Under the pieces are notes generated by a model. It was not told the DNA's origin and did not search any database. It saw nothing but the letters and a program-made list of their open reading frames with translations. The position numbers and the translations under genes were made by a program. From positions 1 to 25,567 of IMG/VR virus record IMGVR_UViG_3300005805_008660: a DNA stretch of 25,567 nucleotides. One strand, written 5' to 3'. Positions 18,677 through 25,567 of the stretch are shown piece by piece. Origin of the DNA: a virus. Its lineage: Duplodnaviria; Caudoviricetes. Positions within the stretch are counted from its first letter, which is position 1; each line of letters opens with the position of its first letter.

Positions 18677-21600
18677 TTAACTTTCGGTTTGTAATAATGT
18701 TAACGTAACTGTAATTGTGGTTGTACCACCGCTCTTATTTGTAACAGCTATAGGAATATCAGTGGTCGGAGGTGATTCGTCACTAAATCCTACTGCACCT
18801 GGACTGAATACAATTGTTTGTGCACCAGTTGTGATTACTTCAGCTAATACACCAGATCCCGGTGTTGGATCCACTAATTCACTTCTTGAAGCATCTGCAG
18901 TTCTGGCAGCAGTTGATGTATATAATCTTACCCAGGCAGCAGACGAGGTCTCTATCTTATATAACAAATATCCCTTAAATCCTGTTATAGTTGCATTACC
19001 TGTAGCAGCATCAGCTAAAGAACTGGTGGTAATTGCAGCAGTCCCTCTTGTTTGTGAAAATGCTGCACCAGGTCCTGTCGGTCCGGTTGCTCCTATGCCA
19101 GTGGGTCCAGTTGCTCCTTCACCAGTTGGTCCAGTTGGTCCGGTTGCTCCTATGCCAGTAGGTCCAGTTGCTCCTTCACCAGTTGGTCCAGTAGGTCCAG
19201 TTGGTCCAGTTGGTCCTGTAGCCCCTTCACCAGTTGGACCTGTGGCGCCACCATCGGCTACAGGAGTCCATGATCCGTTAATTGAGCCCGGGGTTGGGGG
19301 ATATCCAGGATTTAATGGATTACCTGTTCTGTAATAATAACCCCCTGCATAGATAACTGCTGCGCCAAGATTATAAGATGCACCATTATCATATACTGTA
19401 GCAGGTAAAGTCCATGGTGTAGGTCCAGCGGTTCCTACACCAGTTGGTCCGGTTGGTCCTATACCTGTTGGTCCGGTCGCTCCTTGTGCACCTAATGTGG
19501 CAGTAACTTGCCAATTTGAACCATCATAGATGAACTCTAATGTACATGCTGCTACTGTAACTAAAACATCATCTAAATACCCTTCTATAGTTGATCCATT
19601 TCTTGCTACAGTTAGATTATTTAAACTCCAATTACCACCATCAGTTATAGTAACACAATCACCTAAAATTGGTGTTGCTGGTAAAGTAATAGTAAATGAA
19701 CCACCGCTAGTGTCAGCAATAATTCGATTTCCGGCTACTGCAAGATAATTAGTGGTTTGATATTGGTATTGTTCTAAACTTATACCAGTTGGACCGGTTG
19801 GACCAGTATCGCCTGTAATTCCCTGTATACCTTGTTCGCCTGTAATGCCCTGTATACCTTGTTCGCCTGTAATGCCCTGTATACCCTGAATACCTTGTTG
19901 GCCCTGGATACCCTGTATACCTTGATTTCCCTGGATACCCTGTATACCTTGATTTCCCTGGTCTCCTCTGGTACCTGTAACAGCAAATGTAATTATTACC
20001 GGAGTATTATTACTCCAAGTTGTAGCTGTAGAATCTAAAAATGATACAGGAACTGTGAAATACCCGGTATTGTTAACTACAGCATTATTAATAGCATAAA
20101 AAATGTAATCGCCTGGGCTCGCATTAGGGGCAATACGTACAAATCCTTTAATAGCAGATTGACTGCTATTAATCGATGTCATGAAGTTGGTAATATCACC
20201 CAACTGTTGATCAAGTTGATCAATAATAATTTGTGATACGGTGCTAAATGTTCCTGAATCTAGATTTAAATTACCCGAGCCAGGATCACTGGATCCAGTG
20301 GTTGTAAGATAATTGTATTCAAAACTGGCTCCGCCGAATTCCCCGGTGGTTCCCTGTATACCTTGGATTCCTTGAGTACCTTGTTGGCCCTGTATACCTT
20401 GGATTCCTTGAGTACCTTGTTGACCCTGTATACCCTGTTGGCCCTGTATACCTTGTGGTCCATCATTTCCTTGTAAACCTTGTGGCCCACGAACTTCCCC
20501 AGCATCTACCCAGTTCGCTCCGTCCCAAAACCATAGATGACCTAGATCTTGTGTTATGTACCCGTCGCCTATATTTCCGCCATATCCACTAGGATATCCG
20601 GGCAATGAAGTTGCAGTAGGAACACTACCTAAAACATCGATAGATGTTCCATCGGTTCCTTTAGTTCCTTGAATACCTTGGATACCCTGCTCACCCTGTA
20701 TACCTTGGATACCTTGAATACCTTGAATACCCTGTTCACCTTGAATACCTTGGATACCCTGCTCACCCTGTATACCTTGAATACCTTGAATACCTTGAAT
20801 ACCCTGTTCACCTTGAATACCCTGTATACCTTGCTCGCCCTGAATACCCTGAATACCTTGTGGTCCTTGTGGTCCTTGTAGTCCTTGAATACCTCTTACT
20901 ACCGAAAGAAATAATTCATGATCATTAGCAAATCCTGATGTACCTGTCCCACCAGAATCGATTAAAATTACAGGAAAGGTCCAATAGCTAGTAGCCGAAT
21001 TAGGATTTGTATTTGTTGGTGTTCCGTTAATTTGCCAGATTTGATAATTGCCACTGATATTTCGATCTTGTAATAAAAATCTTTCTGTATCAGCTAAAGT
21101 TGCCAAAATACGATCAATATCAGACAAATCTTCAGTTAAATGACTAACAATTATATTATTTGCCGAAGTCTGAGCTAAATTATCCCATATTATATATCCG
21201 TCACCGGGATAACCCGATGTTGAATTTGTATTAGCTTGATAAAAGAATAAACTTGTCGAAGAACCCGTTGATCCCTGAATACCTTGGATACCCTGTATAC
21301 CCTGCTCGCCTTGAATTCCCTGTACACCCTGGATACCCTGTTCACCTTGAATACCTTGTAAGCCTTGTTGGCCTTGGATACCCTGGATACCCTGTTCGCC
21401 TTGAATGCCCTGGATACCCTGTTCGCCTTGAATACCTTGTAAGCCTTGTTGGCCTTGGATACCCTGTTCGCCTTGAATGCCCTGGATACCCTGTTCACCC
21501 TGTATGCCCTGTAAGCCTTGTTGGCCTTGAATGCCCTGGATACCCTGTTCACCCTGGATACCCTGTTCACCTTGAATACCTTGTAAGCCTTGTCGACCTT

Positions 21601-23257
21601 GTAAGCCTTGTCGACCTTGGATACCCTGACTACCTTGAATACCTTGTTGTCCGGTATCCCCAATATCACCAGTACGAGCAAAAGTAATTAACACTATAGT
21701 ATTGTTAGCAATTACTCCCAAGTCTCCCGAAAGCCATGAAATAGGAATATCAAAATGTGTAGCTTGATCACTACTACTGCCAGTGATGGCAAAGAAAACA
21801 AATTTAGTAGGATCATTTTTTACTGTTATTTTTAAATGCCCTTTTATCTGTGATGTTGAGTCATCAATAGTAGCTAAAAATAATGAAATATTAACCGAAT
21901 TGTTATCAATATCATCAATAGTCAGACTGTTAGTAAATAGTACCTGAGAAGAATTTAGATTTAACCTACCAGGACCTGGATCAGCCGAATCAGTTTTAGT
22001 ATCAAATTGATATTCGAATGTAGCTCCGCCGAAATTACCTTCTCTTCCTTGGATACCCTGAACACCTTGTGAACCTGTTGTTCCCTGTATACCTTGTTCG
22101 CCTTGTAATCCCTGTTCGCCTTGTAATCCCTGTATACCCTGTTCACCTGTAATACCCTGGATACCCTGTTCACCCTGGATACCCTGAATACCCTGTTCAC
22201 CCTGGATACCCTGAATACCCTGCTCACCTTGGATACCCTGTATACCCTGCTCACCTGTAATACCCTGGATACCCTGTTCACCTTGAATACCCTGTATACC
22301 CTGCTCACCTGTAATACCCTGGATACCCTGTTCGCCTTTAATGCCCTGGATACCCTGTTCGCCTTTAATGCCCTGGATACCTTGACGACCTTGGATACCC
22401 TGTCGTCCTTGAATACCTTGAACACCTTGCTGTCCTGATATACCCTGTGGACCGACAATTGTACCAACATTATTCCAATTAGAACCGTCGTATACCCATA
22501 AATTGCCCGAAGCTTGATCAATAACCCCACTTCCAGCTGTAGATGCAGGAAAAGACAAATCTAATATTGTTTGTGGATTTCCTGGAGGGATAACATTAAC
22601 ATCGGCCACTGATCCTAGAATACTAACCGAGGTACCTGCATCACCTTTATATCCTTGTATACCCTGAATACCCTGAATACCTTGTTGGCCCTGAATACCT
22701 TGTATGCCTTGTGGTCCCCGTATTTCGCCGACATTAATCCAAATATTTGAAATATCTTTAACCCACAATTCGCCCAATGTAGAATCAATTACACCATCGG
22801 ATGCAACTGCAGAAGGAAATGCTGAATTTAAAGTTACTTGTGAATCACCAGGAGGAAATACATTTACATCGGCTACATTACCTATAATAGTAATTGCTTC
22901 TCCGTATCCGCCCTGAATACCTTGGAGACCTTGTATACCTTGAGGACCTTGGGGACCTTGTAAACCTTGAAAACCTATTTCTCCTTGGGGTCCAGTAGCG
23001 CCTTTTGCTCCGGATAATCCGATTGCTCCGGTAGGTCCAGTAACCCCTACAGATCCAGTTGGACCTAAATATCCAGTGGGTCCAGTAGGTCCACGTACAC
23101 CATCATAGCCTCTAGGGCCTGTAGGCCCAGTTACACCATTTTCAGCAAGGGTGTAGACTTCAGTGAAATTTTCATTAACTTTTGTAAATGCCGTGCGTAG
23201 ATCGTCGCCATCGCCGGAATCTGGTGCTGAACCAATGTCGATATTTTGCTGTGCCAT
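18677..23257 (-). CDS. Collagen-like tail fibre/baseplate-associated protein with interspersed globular domains
   Basis: N-terminal [31 protein letters not shown] resembles the T4 gp9/gp10-type start. Long GIQ/GEQ and GPT triplet runs, an [14 protein letters not shown] domain, and a CBM5/12-like [20 protein letters not shown] motif. Confidence 0.88.
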   Translation of the reverse strand: MAQQNIDIGSAPDSGDGDDLRTAFTKVNENFTEVYTLAENGVTGPTGPRGYDGVRGPTGPTGYLGPTGSVGVTGPTGAIGLSGAKGATGPQGEIGFQGLQGPQGPQGIQGLQGIQGGYGEAITIIGNVADVNVFPPGDSQVTLNSAFPSAVASDGVIDSTLGELWVKDISNIWINVGEIRGPQGIQGIQGQQGIQGIQGIQGYKGDAGTSVSILGSVADVNVIPPGNPQTILDLSFPASTAGSGVIDQASGNLWVYDGSNWNNVGTIVGPQGISGQQGVQGIQGRQGIQGRQGIQGIKGEQGIQGIKGEQGIQGITGEQGIQGIQGEQGIQGITGEQGIQGIQGEQGIQGIQGEQGIQGIQGEQGIQGITGEQGIQGLQGEQGLQGEQGIQGTTGSQGVQGIQGREGNFGGATFEYQFDTKTDSADPGPGRLNLNSSQVLFTNSLTIDDIDNNSVNISLFLATIDDSTSQIKGHLKITVKNDPTKFVFFAITGSSSDQATHFDIPISWLSGDLGVIANNTIVLITFARTGDIGDTGQQGIQGSQGIQGRQGLQGRQGLQGIQGEQGIQGEQGIQGIQGQQGLQGIQGEQGIQGIQGEQGIQGQQGLQGIQGEQGIQGIQGEQGIQGIQGQQGLQGIQGEQGIQGVQGIQGEQGIQGIQGIQGSTGSSTSLFFYQANTNSTSGYPGDGYIIWDNLAQTSANNIIVSHLTEDLSDIDRILATLADTERFLLQDRNISGNYQIWQINGTPTNTNPNSATSYWTFPVILIDSGGTGTSGFANDHELFLSVVRGIQGLQGPQGPQGIQGIQGEQGIQGIQGEQGIQGIQGIQGIQGEQGIQGIQGEQGIQGIQGIQGIQGEQGIQGIQGTKGTDGTSIDVLGSVPTATSLPGYPSGYGGNIGDGYITQDLGHLWFWDGANWVDAGEVRGPQGLQGNDGPQGIQGQQGIQGQQGTQGIQGIQGQQGTQGIQGIQGTTGEFGGASFEYNYLTTTGSSDPGSGNLNLDSGTFSTVSQIIIDQLDQQLGDITNFMTSINSSQSAIKGFVRIAPNASPGDYIFYAINNAVVNNTGYFTVPVSFLDSTATTWSNNTPVIITFAVTGTRGDQGNQGIQGIQGNQGIQGIQGQQGIQGIQGITGEQGIQGITGEQGIQGITGDTGPTGPTGISLEQYQYQTTNYLAVAGNRIIADTSGGSFTITLPATPILGDCVTITDGGNWSLNNLTVARNGSTIEGYLDDVLVTVAACTLEFIYDGSNWQVTATLGAQGATGPTGIGPTGPTGVGTAGPTPWTLPATVYDNGASYNLGAAVIYAGGYYYRTGNPLNPGYPPTPGSINGSWTPVADGGATGPTGEGATGPTGPTGPTGPTGEGATGPTGIGATGPTGPTGEGATGPTGIGATGPTGPGAAFSQTRGTAAITTSSLADAATGNATITGFKGYLLYKIETSSAAWVRLYTSTAARTADASRSELVDPTPGSGVLAEVITTGAQTIVFSPGAVGFSDESPPTTDIPIAVTNKSGGTTTITVTLTLLQTES

Positions 23258-23297
23258 GGTATCCTAACAATAGTATTGCAGTATTTATCAAGATACC
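23258..23297 (-). promoter_or_regulatory. Late-promoter-like box GATAAATA (23282-23289) overlapping an RBS-sequestering hairpin
   Basis: On minus, GGTATCTTGATAA can pair with TTGTTAGGATACC (13 bp, 3 G-U) immediately before the ATG at 23257. Confidence 0.6.
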
Positions 23298-23300
23298 TTC

Positions 23301-23319
23301 AAGAAACCCATTGGGTTTC
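23301..23319 (-). terminator. Terminator-like hairpin after the Fe-S operon
   Basis: GAAACCC-AAT-GGGTTTC-TT starts 2 nt after the YkgJ stop. The U tail is short. Confidence 0.5.
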
Positions 23320-23321
23320 GA

Positions 23322-23717
23322 CTATGAATTTTGTCTTAAATAATTACATTTGAATAATCTACAAGTAACTGGACGTATTTCATATACAGTACAGGATTTG
23401 GTTGTTCGATTATAAAAAATACAACTTTTTTTAGTGGATTCTAAATCCACTCGAAAAGCCGGATATGCTCCGAGATTTTGCCAATTTTGTAGCTCGGGAA
23501 AAAGTTTACTGCCTTCATTAAATTCTATAAAAATATCAGATCTCTTAATCTCTCTACCTAATTTTTTACTTAATTTAGCAATAAATTCGTCAGCATCATT
23601 GATAGGACCAATTATATAATCACGATTTTCTATACTACAACAACTACCATCATAGCCATCAATACCGAAACATTTTGTACTGCAAATTTCGTTGGCTGCT
23701 TGTTTTATTTTAATCAT
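23322..23717 (-). CDS. YkgJ family cysteine-cluster (zinc/iron-chelating, CxxxC...CC) protein
   Basis: CSTKC...GSCC...CIFY...CTVYEIRPVTC..FKC. Start re-assigned to the ATG at 23717, which forms an ATGA overlap with the iscA stop. Confidence 0.8.
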   Translation of the reverse strand: MIKIKQAANEICSTKCFGIDGYDGSCCSIENRDYIIGPINDADEFIAKLSKKLGREIKRSDIFIEFNEGSKLFPELQNWQNLGAYPAFRVDLESTKKSCIFYNRTTKSCTVYEIRPVTCRLFKCNYLRQNS

Positions 23718-24034
23718 ACAGTAAAACTTTCTCCACAACCACATCGTGCTCGTTCATTGGGGTTGATAAATTCAAACCCTTCATTTAACCCCTTTTTAAC
23801 ATAGTCAATTGTTAATCCATTGAGATAAACTACAGATTTTGGATCAATAAATACAAAAAAACCAAAAAATGCATACTCAATATCTCCTTTTTGTATTTGA
23901 TCAACATATTCTAATTTATAGGCCAATCCCGAACACCCGGTAGTTTTAACACCTAATCTTATACCAATTCCTTGTTGGCGTTGGCTTAATAAAGTTTTAA
24001 TTTGTTGCTCGGCTTTTATCGTTAAGTGAATCAC
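23714..24034 (-). CDS. iscA: Iron-sulfur cluster assembly A-type carrier IscA
   Basis: GIRLGVKTTGCSGLAY, DYVKKGLNEGFEFINPN and CGCGESF. Likely start is the GTG at 24034. Confidence 0.9.
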   Translation of the reverse strand: MIHLTIKAEQQIKTLLSQRQQGIGIRLGVKTTGCSGLAYKLEYVDQIQKGDIEYAFFGFFVFIDPKSVVYLNGLTIDYVKKGLNEGFEFINPNERARCGCGESFTV

Positions 24035-24407
24035 GTTTTTTCCTGTAATCATCAATAGCTGCTTTTATCGAATCTTCGGCCAAAATACTGCAATGAATTT
24101 TAACAGGGGGCAAGGCTAATTCTTCTGCTATAACAGAATTTTTTATTTGTCCAGCCTGATCTAATGTTAATCCTTTAATCATTTCTGTTACTAGACTCGA
24201 ACTGGCAATGGCCGAACCACAACCATAAGTTTTAAAACGAGCATCTTCAATTATACCTTGATCATTTACCTTGATTTGAAGTTTGAGAACATCCCCACAA
24301 GCTGGGGCACCAACTAATCCGGTTCCTACATTGGGGTCATTTTTATCAAAACTACCTACATTTCGAGGATTTTCGTAATGATCAATTACCTGTGTTGAAT
24401 AGGCCAT
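23997..24407 (-). CDS. iscU: Fe-S cluster scaffold IscU
   Basis: MAYS..VIDHYENPRNVG, APACGD, KTYGCGSAIASSS and LPPVKIHCS. All ligands and the HscA-binding LPPVK motif are intact. Confidence 0.95.
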   Translation of the reverse strand: MAYSTQVIDHYENPRNVGSFDKNDPNVGTGLVGAPACGDVLKLQIKVNDQGIIEDARFKTYGCGSAIASSSLVTEMIKGLTLDQAGQIKNSVIAEELALPPVKIHCSILAEDSIKAAIDDYRKKRDSLNDKSRATN

Positions 24408-24409
24408 CT

Positions 24410-24556
24410 CTATTCTATCCTTGTATAGTTAAGTACATTACCGATACCAAATTGAGCTTCACCTAATTGTTTAGCTTCGAAATCATTAGCAGCCCAAATA
24501 ATAGTATTTGCTGTTTGATAACTATTTATTTTTACCCAAAGTTGATATTTGTACAT
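24410..24556 (-). CDS. Small hypothetical protein (48 aa), first gene of the iscU operon
   Basis: Below the ORF-track cutoff. MYKYQLWVKINSYQTANTIIWAANDFEAKQLGEAQFGIGNVLNYTRIE fills the gap exactly and ends 2 nt before the iscU ATG. Confidence 0.7.
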   Translation of the reverse strand: MYKYQLWVKINSYQTANTIIWAANDFEAKQLGEAQFGIGNVLNYTRIE

Positions 24557-24572
24557 AGAGTTTACTATTACT

Positions 24573-24586
24573 AATAAATATTTATA
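24573..24586. promoter_or_regulatory. Overlapping bidirectional late-promoter-like boxes
   Basis: Palindrome ATAAATATTTAT (24574-24585). TATAAATA on minus (24579-24586) and AATAAATA on plus (24573-24580). Confidence 0.6.
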
Positions 24587-24906
24587 TGATAACTATCACT
24601 GAAATTGCAAAAGATCAAATTTTAGTTCTTCTCCAAGAAGAACCCCTTGGCACTTTTTTAAGAACATTTGTACAAGGTGGCGGATGCTCGGGATTTCAGT
24701 ATGGATTCACATTCGATAATCAAATCGATGACGACGATTTTGAAATAGATATAGATAAATTTAAACTTATTGTAGATGCTATGAGTATGCAATACTTAGA
24801 GGGAGCCGAAATTGACTATAAAAATGATCTTAATGGATCTAATTTTATAATCAAAAATCCAAATGCTGTATCTACTTGTGGCTGTGGCAGCAGTTTTTCA
24901 ATTTAA
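24586..24906 (+). CDS. erpA: Iron-sulfur cluster insertion protein ErpA (A-type carrier)
   Basis: [38 protein letters not shown] and [15 protein letters not shown]. Confidence 0.9.
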   Translation: MITITEIAKDQILVLLQEEPLGTFLRTFVQGGGCSGFQYGFTFDNQIDDDDFEIDIDKFKLIVDAMSMQYLEGAEIDYKNDLNGSNFIIKNPNAVSTCGCGSSFSI

Positions 24907-24907
24907 T

Positions 24908-25096
24908 TTAAACTATAGCCATTGCAATATTGCAGGCCTGTACTACATGTCTAAATAATTGTTCATTTCCTGCACACTCTTGTGCGGCCCTGATATCACG
25001 TATTTCAGCTAACAAATAATTTCGTTCTTCTTCGGTGATATTTCCAGCACGATACTCGTTGGCAATTTGTTCAATTTCTTGTACTAGTTGTGTCAT
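24908..25096 (-). CDS. Small hypothetical protein coupled to the lipoprotein gene
   Basis: ATG directly follows the upstream TAA. Helical and acidic, with two Cys. Confidence 0.7.
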   Translation of the reverse strand: MTQLVQEIEQIANEYRAGNITEEERNYLLAEIRDIRAAQECAGNEQLFRHVVQACNIAMAIV

Positions 25097-25468
25097 TTAT
25101 CTACCCTCCCAAGCAGATTTAGCAGCAGCAATTCTTTGACTGGCTGTTTTCTTCCCTAATTCGCAAAAAGTTTTTGAACCACCTCGGGTCATACGCTCTA
25201 CATGACTATGTAATCCTTTTATGTTTTCAGCTTGAGGATCACGACGCCATTCGGCATACTTAGCTAAATTTTCGCTCAGTGGAACAACTTTGGCCCAATT
25301 TGGAGCATTACAATCAACATGTTCGATTGCAATATCAACTTGTACTAGTTGATTGAACATAACTGGATCATGTGCTTTTGGCCAATATTTTTTAACTGTA
25401 TCCACAGCAGCACAACCCGACAACAAAGTTAGTGCTAGTGCTGCGGCTGATAATTTGAGTTTATTCAT
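25097..25468 (-). CDS. Predicted lipoprotein of unknown function
   Basis: Signal peptide MNKLKLSAAALALTL with lipobox LSG|C. Strong RBS AAAGGAG. Confidence 0.82.
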   Translation of the reverse strand: MNKLKLSAAALALTLLSGCAAVDTVKKYWPKAHDPVMFNQLVQVDIAIEHVDCNAPNWAKVVPLSENLAKYAEWRRDPQAENIKGLHSHVERMTRGGSKTFCELGKKTASQRIAAAKSAWEGR

Positions 25469-25533
25469 AAATTACTCCTTTATAGTCGACTGTTTACTAC
25501 AGACCAATCAATAATACGCCAAATATTGTTTAA

Positions 25534-25556
25534 ATAGCCCGCTTTATCGGGGCCAT
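25534..25556 (-). terminator. Possible terminator hairpin of an upstream unit
   Basis: ATGGCCCCG-ATAAAG-CGGGCTAT followed by TT. GC-rich stem with one bulge. Confidence 0.35.
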
Positions 25557-25567
25557 AGTCCATATAC

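Noticed and set aside
18717-22916. Antisense and alternative-frame ORFs over the collagen gene
   Set aside because: Artefacts of 9-bp periodic Gly-X-Y codons.
1-25567. Eukaryotic giant virus origin (RCC1, collagen, glycosyltransferases)
   Set aside because: Shine-Dalgarno sites, coupled operons, a lipobox protein, Proteobacteria-type IscU/ErpA and T4-like motifs point to a bacteriophage.
1-25567. Stop-codon reassignment as seen in some large phages
   Set aside because: Genes are full length in code 11, and TAA, TAG and TGA all terminate genes at sensible positions.

Overview
AT-rich segment that most likely comes from a large tailed bacteriophage with T4-like features. Evidence: Shine-Dalgarno sites, TATAAATA/TAAATA late-promoter-like boxes, fibre/baseplate proteins and an S74 chaperone. 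The Proteobacterial host is inferred from the look of the Fe-S genes. Nearly all genes are on the minus strand. In transcription order (right to left): a lipoprotein plus a small partner; an Fe-S assembly cassette (divergent erpA, a 48-aa ORF, iscU, iscA, YkgJ-like Cys protein); a 1526-aa collagen-like fibre; a subtilase carrying a cupredoxin-like insert; a 2063-aa Cys/Asn/Gly 17-aa-repeat fibre with an S74 chaperone; a GT2 / GT2-methyltransferase / GT9 / sulfotransferase cassette; an isolated ADP-ribosyltransferase-like ORF; an Mtd_N protein; a mini-fibre; three RCC1-repeat paralogues; and a DUF4376-like protein. The most notable observations are a candidate virion-fibre decoration system (glycosylation, methylation, sulfation, possibly metal or Fe-S loading), a palindromic bidirectional late-promoter-like box in the Fe-S cassette, and RBS-occluding hairpins overlapping late-promoter boxes. 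All family calls come from motif recognition by eye, not from database searches.
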